Positions 9,965 to 18,365 of a DNA stretch of 64,000 nucleotides are shown piece after piece. This DNA is from an uncultured delta proteobacterium (GTDB lineage: Bacteria; Desulfobacterota; Binatia; UBA9968). The stretch lies in contig CAWFJP010000015.1 in the NCBI GenBank assembly GCA_963816145.1, forward strand, positions 96,001 through 160,000, written 5' to 3'. The position numbers and the translations under genes were made by a program. The notes under the pieces were generated by a model. That model was given only the letters and a program-made list of their open reading frames with translations. It made no database searches and was not told the DNA's origin. Each line of letters starts with the position of its first letter. Position 1 is the stretch's first letter.

Positions 9965-10807
9965 CTACTTATTCTCCGCCGGACGCTTCACCGGCTCCAG
10001 ACCGGGCCGGTATTTCTTCTCGTCGAGGAATTCGCGCATGCCCCGTTCGCGGGTGCGTTCCGGATCGGCGGCGCGCAGGGCCATGCTTTTGGCGCCGAGA
10101 TATTCGTACGCTTGGTCCATATCCATTCCGCGCACGGCGCGAATCGCATGCTTGGTATAAGCCAGAACCATCGGGCTCTTGGCCATCAATTCGCGGGCGA
10201 TCGTGATAGTCTCCTCGCGCAGCTTGTCGGCCGGCACCGCCATGGTGGCGATACCCATCTCAGCCGCCTTGCGGCCGTCGATGGTGCGGCCGGTCATGGC
10301 GTAGAACATGGCATTGCGGAATCCGACCAGCTCACCGAAAACTTTGCTGACATTACCGCCGGGAATGATGCCCCAATTGACTTCGGACAAACCGAAGGTG
10401 GCATTGTCCGCCGCGACGACAATGTCGCACGCCGCCAGCGAGACAAACGCACCACCGTAACAGTAGCCGTTGACCATGGCGATGGTCGGTTTGCGCGACC
10501 AGGTCAGCAACTCAGTCGCCCAACGCCGATGCGCCGTCGCCGCGCGAAAGCGCGCCACCGGATCTTTATCGGTCTCGCGGAAGTACTGCTTCAAGTCCAT
10601 CCCAGCGCTCCAGCTGTTCCCTGCGCCCGTAAGCACGATGACTTTAGTGTCTTCGTCGGTTTCCAGTCCGTAAAGGATCTCTTCCATCTCGACATGGAGC
10701 GTCGGGCTCATGGCATTACGCTTCTCCGGCCGATTGAAAGTGATCCAGGTAATTCCTTCGTCGTCGGTCTCGACAAGCACGCACGAGTATTCTTTTTTCT
10801 TAGCCAT
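9965..10807 (-). CDS. p-Hydroxycinnamoyl-CoA hydratase/lyase-like crotonase
   Basis: NRPEKRNAMSP, SAGMDLKQYFRE, SEVNWGIIPGG, FLDEKKYRPGL resemble HCHL/Ech. Confidence 0.85.
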   Translation of the reverse strand: MAKKKEYSCVLVETDDEGITWITFNRPEKRNAMSPTLHVEMEEILYGLETDEDTKVIVLTGAGNSWSAGMDLKQYFRETDKDPVARFRAATAHRRWATELLTWSRKPTIAMVNGYCYGGAFVSLAACDIVVAADNATFGLSEVNWGIIPGGNVSKVFGELVGFRNAMFYAMTGRTIDGRKAAEMGIATMAVPADKLREETITIARELMAKSPMVLAYTKHAIRAVRGMDMDQAYEYLGAKSMALRAADPERTRERGMREFLDEKKYRPGLEPVKRPAENK

Positions 10808-10865
10808 TGGAGTTCTCCTTTTTTTGAATCGTCGGAATGAATCGCTAGCGCGGATGGTCAAACTG

Positions 10866-11747
10866 TTAGCTCACATCAGACCACGGATCGGCCATCAAGC
10901 TCTCAGGACGTATTCCACTGGCGCGTGAATCTTGCAAAGCAACTTCCGCAAGCACAGAGGCAAGCGAGCCCGGGGCGGGAATCAGACTCGGCTCAAACAA
11001 GTTTGCGAATACGTGGTAACATTTGTCGAGCACTTCCGGGTTGCTGCGCAATACCGGCAGTTGGCGCCCAATCGCATCGAGCGCTAATGGCGCAGCGCTC
11101 TTGAACAACTGAATACTGTCACGATAAATCGTTGCGACTTTCCCGACCAGCTCGCGATTGGCGTCGAAATAACGCCGCGTGGTCGCCAGCGGCACCCAAT
11201 GGCATTCGAGATCGAGAGTGTCGGCGATGATCCGCAGCCCCGCCGACTCGGCCAAAAAGGCTTTCTCCGGCGGCAACAGCGCAGCACCGAGACCGCCGGT
11301 GCAAAGCGCTTCGTAACTGCGATCGTTAAGACCGAGATCGACGAGTTCAAGATCTTTCTCCCGGTCGAATTTCCAACGGCGCAAAAGCGCCAGCATCATC
11401 ATGCCTGCCATCCGGCGCGGCTGGTTGATGCCGACCCGTTTCCCTTTCAGGCTTCCGATTGATTCGATCGCAGGATTCGCTATCAAGTAAAACGCTGGCC
11501 GGTTCAAGACGCCGCCGATGATGACTAGGTCGTTGCCGGTGAGCTGGGAGAAGATCAGCGACGGCGCGTTGGGCGTGCCGATCGGCGTTACTTGATTGAC
11601 GATGTCGTCAACGACTTTTTCTTCATCCAATTGATTGACGATGTCGACGGCAAGATTTTCCTTTGTGAACAAACCCGCCGCCTCGGCCACATAAGGCAAA
11701 AACCGTCCGATGCTCGAAGTGCCGATGCCGATTTTGATGTGATCCAT
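10866..11747 (-). CDS. NMT1/SsuA-like substrate-binding protein without signal peptide
   Basis: GLFTKENLAV, LKGKRVGI. Confidence 0.8.
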   Translation of the reverse strand: MDHIKIGIGTSSIGRFLPYVAEAAGLFTKENLAVDIVNQLDEEKVVDDIVNQVTPIGTPNAPSLIFSQLTGNDLVIIGGVLNRPAFYLIANPAIESIGSLKGKRVGINQPRRMAGMMMLALLRRWKFDREKDLELVDLGLNDRSYEALCTGGLGAALLPPEKAFLAESAGLRIIADTLDLECHWVPLATTRRYFDANRELVGKVATIYRDSIQLFKSAAPLALDAIGRQLPVLRSNPEVLDKCYHVFANLFEPSLIPAPGSLASVLAEVALQDSRASGIRPESLMADPWSDVS

Positions 11748-11755
11748 TTAGAGCC

Positions 11756-12286
11756 TCAATCCAACTGCAAAGTCGCCGGCTCGTTGGCCAGGCGCTCACC
11801 CATACCGACATGGCGCAACCGCACCCATAATGCGTCGACCTCCGCCATCACCGCCTCATCGGGCCGATGGATATCGATCACATGTGCGACCGGCACCCAG
11901 CAAGCCCGCCCGGTTACCCAGAACACTTCCGAACGGTTGTCTTCCGGATCGAAGTAGTAACAGCCGAGAGCGCTGACATGGTTGACCACGGCATCGATGC
12001 GCAATCCGGCGGCCTGCAGTTTCTTGTGCATAGCGCGCAAATCTTCCAGGGTCGCAAGCCGCAGGGATATCTGATTGATCAAGCGCGAGTCGGCATCCTC
12101 CGGCCGGCCGCGGAACAGCGCGATCTCGTGATCCGCCTTCTCCGGATCCGCGCTAAAGAAGACGATGCCGGCGCGCCAGTTCTGCTTGGTGATGCGCATG
12201 CCGAGGGTGTCCCGGTAAAATGCCGCCATTTTTTCCAGATCCTTAACGTAGATACCGACATGTCCCAAACCCATCACGGCTGCCAT
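11756..12286 (-). CDS. VOC family (glyoxalase/extradiol dioxygenase-like) protein
   Basis: LGHVGIYV, FYRDTLGM, YFDPEDNRSE; GGAGG RBS. Confidence 0.88.
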   Translation of the reverse strand: MAAVMGLGHVGIYVKDLEKMAAFYRDTLGMRITKQNWRAGIVFFSADPEKADHEIALFRGRPEDADSRLINQISLRLATLEDLRAMHKKLQAAGLRIDAVVNHVSALGCYYFDPEDNRSEVFWVTGRACWVPVAHVIDIHRPDEAVMAEVDALWVRLRHVGMGERLANEPATLQLD

Positions 12287-12437
12287 CGGTGCCTCCAAGC
12301 GCCCAAGCGACGATCAAGTTATTGCCGTTATCTAGCGCCGAAGCGTGAGCGCAATCAAGCCTTGTCGCCGGCATCGCGCAAATTTTGCCCGCGTGCCGGG
12401 CTAGACAACAGCGGATACTTGCGCTACTGGGTTGGCC

Positions 12438-13190
12438 ATGAAACCGGATCAATTTATCGAAGAGCTCTGGAGTTACGCCGCCGAAGTGCCGATGGAGCGG
12501 CATCCTTGGTTCGACGGCATCATCAAGCATCGTTGGACCAAGGAGCAAATCGTTCTTGGCGAGGTGCAGCATTACCTCCGGGTCAGGACCAATCCGATCT
12601 TCTTCGGCCATATGGCGATCAACGCGGTGTCGGCCAAGGAATACACGGTGATGGAGACGGTGCTGGAAAATTTCATGGAGGAGTTGGGCGGTAAGCGCAC
12701 CCACGTCGACATTATGCTGCAATTTCTCGAGGAAGGCGGCATCTCGCGCGAACAGGCCGACAATGCCGAGCCCGCCCCAGGCACACTGGCGGCCATCGAA
12801 ATGATCATCGGCTGTTGCCAGCGCCGTTCAGCCCTCGAAGGCGTCGCCATGCTCGCCTTTGTCGAAAGCCAACTCGGCGGCGCCGGCAAGATTTCCGAGA
12901 AAGTTTATCGCGAACTCACCGGCCATTATGGCTTCTCACCGCGCGCTGCGGCCACCTACCAACTCCACGCCGCCCAGGACGAGGGCCATGGCAGCCGCCA
13001 GATCGAAGCCATCCGCTTGCTCGCCAGCGATGAGGCAACTCAGAACAAAATACGCGCTGCAGTGAAACTTGGCTTGACCGCATTCACGCTCGAGTGGGAC
13101 GGCCATGTTCAGGCCATGACGGGTAAGCGAGAGTTCTGGGGCGGCGTTAAAGATTTACAATTACGCCAACCGAAGGTGAAGCTCTCGTAA
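12438..13190 (+). CDS. Heme-oxygenase-like diiron enzyme (CADD/PqqC-like)
   Basis: EE-x6-H, FVE, H-x3-D-x2-H ligand set. Confidence 0.8.
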   Translation: MKPDQFIEELWSYAAEVPMERHPWFDGIIKHRWTKEQIVLGEVQHYLRVRTNPIFFGHMAINAVSAKEYTVMETVLENFMEELGGKRTHVDIMLQFLEEGGISREQADNAEPAPGTLAAIEMIIGCCQRRSALEGVAMLAFVESQLGGAGKISEKVYRELTGHYGFSPRAAATYQLHAAQDEGHGSRQIEAIRLLASDEATQNKIRAAVKLGLTAFTLEWDGHVQAMTGKREFWGGVKDLQLRQPKVKLS

Positions 13191-13195
13191 CCGCA

Positions 13196-13260
13196 GTTTC
13201 GCGTCTCGGGTTACGAGTTTCGGGTTAGCGAACTCAAAACCCGATACTACAAACTCGAAA
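13196..13260. repeat. Inverted repeat with 7-nt periodic arms (GTTTCGG ... ACTCGAA)
   Basis: Seen directly after the stop codon. Confidence 0.65.
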
Positions 13261-13265
13261 TAGAT

Positions 13266-13397
13266 TCAGATCGGCCACTCCTTCGGGAGATCCTTCCTAA
13301 GCTTTTTGTATTCCGCATCATCGCCGTGCTGGGCGCGCAATCGCTTTAGCGCTGCGACGACTTCCTTCTGATCCTGCTTCACCGTGTTTGAGACCAT
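13266..13397 (-). CDS. Small protein, 43 aa
   Basis: MVSNTVKQDQKEVVAALKRLRAQHGDDAEYKKLRKDLPKEWPI*. Confidence 0.55.
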   Translation of the reverse strand: MVSNTVKQDQKEVVAALKRLRAQHGDDAEYKKLRKDLPKEWPI

Positions 13398-13498
13398 ACC
13401 CGTGGTCTCTTCGAAGCCGAGGCCTCAATTGCTGTGTCAACCACGCATCCGTTTGAGGATGTAAAGATCGTCATCTTTGCTTGCCATGTCGCTCCACC

Positions 13499-13912
13499 TC
13501 AATTCGAAATTCCGGAAAAACCCACTTTCTGTGCCGTGATCCGCTCGGTCGCTGTATGCGGTTCGCCAGCCGCATCAACTTCAACCCGTATGCGCACGAA
13601 GATCCGCCACGCTTCGCCGCGCCATTGACAGTGAAAAATCACAAAGGCGTTTTCAGTAACCAGCCCGGCCTGCTCATAACACTGGACAAGACTTTGGAAC
13701 TGTTCGCTTGCGCCCGCTGCCACCTCGAGCGCCGGCGTGAAATCCCGCACTGCCGATTTGAATTGACCATGGGGCAAGTGCACCGCAGTGATTGTTAACG
13801 CATCGCTATCAGGATTGTCTACTTGCCAGCGAATGTTCCAACATCCCACCGTCACATCCCGGGCGAGCGCAATCTGTTGCAATGCAATCCTCGGCTTAGA
13901 AGTCGATTCCAC
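13499..13912 (-). CDS. Hypothetical beta-rich protein
   Basis: ORF; TTGCAC-N18-TAAACT lies 6 nt before the GTG. Confidence 0.65.
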   Translation of the reverse strand: MESTSKPRIALQQIALARDVTVGCWNIRWQVDNPDSDALTITAVHLPHGQFKSAVRDFTPALEVAAGASEQFQSLVQCYEQAGLVTENAFVIFHCQWRGEAWRIFVRIRVEVDAAGEPHTATERITAQKVGFSGISN

Positions 13913-14305
13913 CGGGGCAGTTTATGCGAACCTACCTCCCTTGTGCAATTCATTCCCGGGAAGCTCGATAATCCTATCGTCGATGACAACGATTCACGCT
14001 AAACTTGCCGTCGATCACAGTGAGGCCGAGCCTGCGGGTCAGAAAGAGTTAGCATCTCGGCCCGGAAACCCGCACTACAAAATGGAGATTTTCTCATCGT
14101 CATGCCGACGCGGGCCGGCACCTCGCCTTTGTCTGACGGAGCTTCCGTCTACCATCCAACTGGATACCGATTTTCAACGCTATTACGGACACTGTCCGTC
14201 ACCTGGAGTACGGTTTCCGCCGGAGTGACGGAAGATCTTCGACGTTGAGCCGACAGATTCCGACCGCCTCGGCTTAGAGCTGGGGGTTGTTCGGTACGTT
14301 CCGTT

Positions 14306-14767
14306 TCAACCGCGCGGTCCGACCCGCAGCGGACGGACTCGCGTTCGGGATAGACGGGAACTCCCCTTCCATTCCCGACCGCTTTTTAGTTTGCGCTTGA
14401 TATTGCGCCGCTGGTTCGGCTGCGCGCCTCCAGGATCGACACTTCCGATTGCCGGCGCCGTCCGGCCTACCGCCAAGATACCGCGGCGAATATAGCCCGG
14501 ATCCAGCTCCAATGTTTCGCAAACGTCTTTAAATGAAAATGGCAGCGAATCGTTTTCAGAAAAAATCCAGTTCTTGGCATCGTGGTAAAGGCGAATTGCC
14601 GCACGCTTCGCCGAGTTCTGGTACTTCCAATAACATTCGATGGCGTCGCTCAATACTGCGAGCATAAGCTCGCGCTCCGCCCCCGCCGGACCGTTTCTAG
14701 CACTCGAACCAAACAAAGAATCCGCAATGATCGGATCGACGCTCACTACCTTGGCAAACTCGCTCAT
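14306..14767 (-). CDS. Hypothetical protein
   Basis: ERELMLAVLSDAI..WIF..FSFKDVCETLELDPGYIR; GAGG RBS. Confidence 0.75.
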   Translation of the reverse strand: MSEFAKVVSVDPIIADSLFGSSARNGPAGAERELMLAVLSDAIECYWKYQNSAKRAAIRLYHDAKNWIFSENDSLPFSFKDVCETLELDPGYIRRGILAVGRTAPAIGSVDPGGAQPNQRRNIKRKLKSGREWKGSSRLSRTRVRPLRVGPRG

Positions 14768-14862
14768 AAGAATTCCTCTCGCTATGGAGCACTAAACCAC
14801 GGGCGCGGGTAAGCTCCCGCCCGGTCAACTTGACAAGTCGAGATTATATTTCCGAAATGAAC

Positions 14863-15219
14863 TCAGGCAGCGGCAGTGCGAGGCGGCGAGCGACTGGAGC
14901 GAAGCGATATCAACGGCGTGCGAACAAAATCCTGCTGACGTGCGACACGGACGAAGGTAAAATAAAATCCCGGCGTAAACAGCCGGCTACCGACCGCCAA
15001 GGAGAGGTGCAGGTTATGGGTCAAACCGCTCTTGGAGGCAGGTTCTAGCTTGAAAACCTTTGTGCTAAGAGATCGCGCTCCGACGAGCGGATTACGGTCA
15101 TCGAGTTCAGGTTGGCCGATGAGCTGCAGTAAAAAGAAGAACGGCAAGGAGTATAAAAAAATCCGCGCCGCCACGCGGCGCGCGCTCCCCACCCGCTCAA
15201 TTGCAACACGAACCTTCAT
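14863..15219 (-). CDS. Single-TM protein ending in RSPP (candidate arrest peptide)
   Basis: Basic N-terminus, hydrophobic IFLYSLPFFFLLQLI, C-terminal SSRSPPRTAAA. Confidence 0.5.
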   Translation of the reverse strand: MKVRVAIERVGSARRVAARIFLYSLPFFFLLQLIGQPELDDRNPLVGARSLSTKVFKLEPASKSGLTHNLHLSLAVGSRLFTPGFYFTFVRVARQQDFVRTPLISLRSSRSPPRTAAA

Positions 15220-15228
15220 GCGCGACGG

Positions 15229-15257
15229 AACATATACGACATGGGTCAGGGCGTCAA
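15229..15257 (-). promoter_or_regulatory. Putative sigma70 promoter
   Basis: TTGACG-N17-TATGTT, 9 nt before ATG 15219. Confidence 0.5.
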
Positions 15258-15421
15258 GAACCGTCGAGAGCGCCACTTATAAAGACGAAATATCCCCGGC
15301 AAAGTACGTCCGAAGCGAGGTCGAAGGCACAACGCAAGGGGAAATGTTCTTCCGACTGAAAGCAGCTAACTATGCCTGCAGCGGGTTGTCACTGCCTGAG
15401 ACGTGCCCTAAGAGACGCGGC

Positions 15422-15521
15422 AAAAAAGGGCCAGCCTCCCTCTAATCGGAGAGGCTAGCCCATGGCGAGTCGCCTTACAATCGAGATTTACAACGGCCTC
15501 CCGTCTAACCGGTATTTGCAC
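15422..15521 (-). ncRNA. Repeated attenuator-like RNA, copy C, with intrinsic terminator
   Basis: GTGCAA-ATAC-CGGTTAG..CGTTGT..GGCGACTCGC then GGGCTAGCCTC..GAGGCTGGCCC-T6. Confidence 0.65.
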
Positions 15522-15547
15522 GACAACTCAGCCAAACCAACTCATCG

Positions 15548-16396
15548 CTACGCGTCCGACCCCACCTTGGGGCGCCATTTATCGAACTTGCCTTCTGCCC
15601 GGTCGAGGATTTCGGTACAAATCATGCCGGTGATAGCAAAGATCAAGACGCCGACAAAAACCTTATCGGTCTGAAAAGTCGCCCCCGCTACTGTGATCAT
15701 AAAACCGATCCCCGCCGTGGCGGCATAGAGCTCGCCCACCATGACACCGATCAAGGCCCGGCCGACCGCCAGTCTCAAGCCCGTAAGGATAAAAGGCACA
15801 GTCGAAGGAAGGACAACGCTTTTGAAAATTTGCCATTCCGAGGCGCCAAAGCTTCGGGCAGCGGTAAGAAGATTGTGCGGCGTGGTCTTCACGCCATCGC
15901 GGGTATTGATCAGCAGCGGAAAGACTGCCCCAAGAAAAATAATTCCGACTTTTGAGAGGATGCCGATACCCAGCCAGATGATAACCAATGGCAAAAGGGC
16001 GACGCGCGGGGTCGCGTTCATGGCGTTGACAAACGGATCACAAACGTAGGCGAACTTTCTATACCAACCGATCGCGATCCCGAACGGGACGCCAACGAGC
16101 ACCGACAAAAAATAGCCCCAAGCAAATTCGATCCCGCTAACCCTAAGATCATTCCAGATCTCTCCCGAACTGAATAGCTGCACGGCAGCTTTCCAGATCA
16201 AGGACGGCGCGCTCATGAACATAGGGTTGATGAGCTGAAAAGTCGAACCGACCAGTTCCCATATCGTGAGAAAAACCACGACCGATGCTGTGCCTAGGAT
16301 TTTTTTCTCCTGGTTAAGATAGAATTTATAGAGCTTAGATGCCTCCGCTACTCTAACGTCTAATAAGACTTCTTCTTGTGCCGTTTGGTCAGCCAT
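15548..16396 (-). CDS. ABC transporter permease, NitT/TauT/CmpB family
   Basis: ATPRVALLP, AARSFGA (EAA region), VGELYAATAGIG; GGAGG RBS. Confidence 0.92.
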   Translation of the reverse strand: MADQTAQEEVLLDVRVAEASKLYKFYLNQEKKILGTASVVVFLTIWELVGSTFQLINPMFMSAPSLIWKAAVQLFSSGEIWNDLRVSGIEFAWGYFLSVLVGVPFGIAIGWYRKFAYVCDPFVNAMNATPRVALLPLVIIWLGIGILSKVGIIFLGAVFPLLINTRDGVKTTPHNLLTAARSFGASEWQIFKSVVLPSTVPFILTGLRLAVGRALIGVMVGELYAATAGIGFMITVAGATFQTDKVFVGVLIFAITGMICTEILDRAEGKFDKWRPKVGSDA

Positions 16397-16450
16397 GGTT
16401 ACCCTCCTTTTTGGGTTAACACTCTTTGCGGTTCACAACTCCTTTTCCAC

Positions 16451-16506
16451 GCCCACGAATCGCCTGAACTGAACAGCAATCACGCTCACTTTGCCCGTAC
16501 GTTCAA
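16451..16506 (-). ncRNA. Repeated RNA element, degenerate copy D, no terminator
   Basis: TTGAAC-GTA-CGG-N13-GATTGCT..GGCGATT-CGT; spacing matches copies B and C. Confidence 0.45.
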
Positions 16507-16523
16507 CCGAACCGATCGCCAAT

Positions 16524-16620
16524 AAAAAAAGCCAGCCTCTCCCTTGCGGGATAAGCTGGCCTGCCTATAAGCTGGTCGCCGCATGAAGCAACCGTCGAAC
16601 TGGCTTACCGCTTATTGCAC
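16524..16620 (-). ncRNA. Repeated attenuator-like RNA, copy B, with intrinsic terminator
   Basis: GTGCAA-TAAG-CGGTAAG..GGTTGCT..GGCGACCAGC then GCCAGCTT..TCCC-GCAA-GGGA..AGGCTGGC-T7. Confidence 0.7.
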
Positions 16621-16625
16621 CTAAC

Positions 16626-16716
16626 AAAAAAGCCGACCCGATGTTGCCATCGAAAGGCCGGCCTCCGCCCCAACTGATTGCCTTTTGCTTTCGGCAACCC
16701 TTTGGGCCGTCTGCAA
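16626..16716 (-). ncRNA. Repeated attenuator-like RNA, copy A, with intrinsic terminator
   Basis: TTGCAGACGG..GGTTGCC..GGCAATCAGT then GCCGGCC..CGATG-GCAA-CATCG-GGTCGGC-T6. Confidence 0.7.
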
Positions 16717-16726
16717 ATCTTCGCAA

Positions 16727-16755
16727 ACCTTAATTCTGACTCAGAATAAAGTCAA
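16727..16755 (-). promoter_or_regulatory. Putative sigma70 promoter with palindrome in the spacer
   Basis: TTGACT-N17-TAAGGT; spacer holds ATTCTGA-G-TCAGAAT. Confidence 0.6.
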
Positions 16756-16758
16756 GGG

Positions 16759-17130
16759 CTATTTTTTGCGCGGTAGGGTCTTCTCTAAGTCGGACTCCAA
16801 GGCAAAAACAATAATCCTTTCGCTGCGGGTCGCGCTTATGTCTGTATAGAGACTCAACACCTGGATTCCGCAAATATCACCGATGACTTGGAATAGAACG
16901 GGCCGAGCATTTTTTATTAACGTGGTGCGGAGCATCTTAATCAGGTCGACCCCTTCAGAGCTTTTGGCTAACTGTTGCTCCGCTTGGGTTAGCACGCCTT
17001 TGAGTCGCACCAAAATCATATCCTCAACAATGAAAGAGCGAACCTCCTTGGGGCCGCGGCCCATGTATTCGACTTCAAACTTCACCATCGCTTCGCTAAT
17101 TTCCGCTTCGACCTCGCCTTTTGTTTTCAT
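16759..17130 (-). CDS. DUF2294 / MpsC (YbcI-like) protein
   Basis: KTKGEVEAEISEA, YMGRGP, RLKGVLTQAE, SLYTDIS..ERIIVF. Confidence 0.88.
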   Translation of the reverse strand: MKTKGEVEAEISEAMVKFEVEYMGRGPKEVRSFIVEDMILVRLKGVLTQAEQQLAKSSEGVDLIKMLRTTLIKNARPVLFQVIGDICGIQVLSLYTDISATRSERIIVFALESDLEKTLPRKK

Positions 17131-17186
17131 CGCGGTATTAATCCTATCGATACTCAACAAGTGTGGGTTCCTGGGGTTTGCGGCCG

Positions 17187-18230
17187 TTACGGATTGAGGC
17201 TGATTAATTTCCGCTGCGCTTCGTCCATAGCTGCTGGCCAGGCGCTGCGTTCTTTGTAGAACTGCACTGCCGCTGGATGGTAGGGCATCGTCACATCGGC
17301 GTCCACCGCCCGTTGCCGGGTCCAGTCTTTGAAGCTCGGGTGGAGCGGCAGCAGCTTATCGGTATTCTCCCAGATGTTTTTAAGTATCGTTTGCACGACC
17401 CGATCGTCGACCGCTTTGGAACTGGTCAGATAGATATCGTAGGCGTTGACGCAGGTATCGTCGGCGATCCCCGCCGCTTGGCCGCGTTTGAGCCAATGGG
17501 GATAGTAGCCGGGCACTGCCGCGCGCAGACGTTTCTCACCCTGCGCCGAACAGTCGAGCGAGATATGGCGCACGCCGATCGCGGCATCGGCTTCTTTGAC
17601 TTTGGCGGAATCGACCGCGTGCAGCGCAACGTCGGCGCGGCCTTGGATGAGCGCGTCCACACCTTCGTTGGCGCCCGGCACCGGAACTATCTTCACATCT
17701 CCAAACTTCATCCCAGCGCCGGTGAGAAAGCCAAAAATATTGTACCAATTGGCCAGCTGCGCCGGGTACTCACCGGTCAGTCTCTTGCCCCGGATATCGA
17801 GCACGCTCTTCATCGGCGCATCCTTGCGCACCAGCAGCGCCGTCATCAAAATCGCCCCGCGCATCACTAACCGGACATTGGGCGTATGCTGAAACGGATT
17901 GCGCCCGCCGATCTTCAAGCGCTCCGGCCCCTGATACGAAAGCGCCATGTCGACGGCATTGTTGATGCCGAAATCGACCTCGCCGCTATCGAGCAGCGGT
18001 AGAAACGTGCTCGTGCCCGAATAAGGCTGCACCACCATCTGAAACGGCGCCCCCTCGCTGGCCACCTTGGAAAGCCCGCTGGCCAGCGCATAGAAAACCG
18101 TCCCCGGCGGATTGGACCCCACCGTCACCGAGCGCGGTAACGGCTGCGCATTGGCGGTGGCGCAAAACCCAACGCTGAGAAGAATCAAAAAGGTAAGAAA
18201 CCGCCAAGACCCGCATGAAGTTGAACCCAT
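17187..18230 (-). CDS. TAXI-family TRAP solute-binding protein
   Basis: GSNPPGTVFY, YHPAAVQFYKE; signal peptide. Confidence 0.88.
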   Translation of the reverse strand: MGSTSCGSWRFLTFLILLSVGFCATANAQPLPRSVTVGSNPPGTVFYALASGLSKVASEGAPFQMVVQPYSGTSTFLPLLDSGEVDFGINNAVDMALSYQGPERLKIGGRNPFQHTPNVRLVMRGAILMTALLVRKDAPMKSVLDIRGKRLTGEYPAQLANWYNIFGFLTGAGMKFGDVKIVPVPGANEGVDALIQGRADVALHAVDSAKVKEADAAIGVRHISLDCSAQGEKRLRAAVPGYYPHWLKRGQAAGIADDTCVNAYDIYLTSSKAVDDRVVQTILKNIWENTDKLLPLHPSFKDWTRQRAVDADVTMPYHPAAVQFYKERSAWPAAMDEAQRKLISLNP

Positions 18231-18365
18231 AGCGTTTTCTCCTTGGATGGCCGACTTTTATAGAGAAGGACCGCGCGCTGTCAAGGCGCACGTATTGGCA
18301 GTGTCAAGAGTGGCGGCGCACGACCATCTAAGCACGATTTAAATTGCTGAATCCGACGATGCTGG

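Noticed and set aside
14024-14074. SAH riboswitch or HDV-like ribozyme
   Set aside because: The minus strand has CCGAG..CAGGCTCGG but lacks the GAGCGCTGC core; no HDV P3/L3 or J4/2.
16451-16716. Assigning the repeated leader RNA to a known riboswitch (ZTP, guanidine, fluoride, c-di-GMP, SAM, T-box)
   Set aside because: By eye the conserved cores of those classes are absent; an Rfam scan is still needed.
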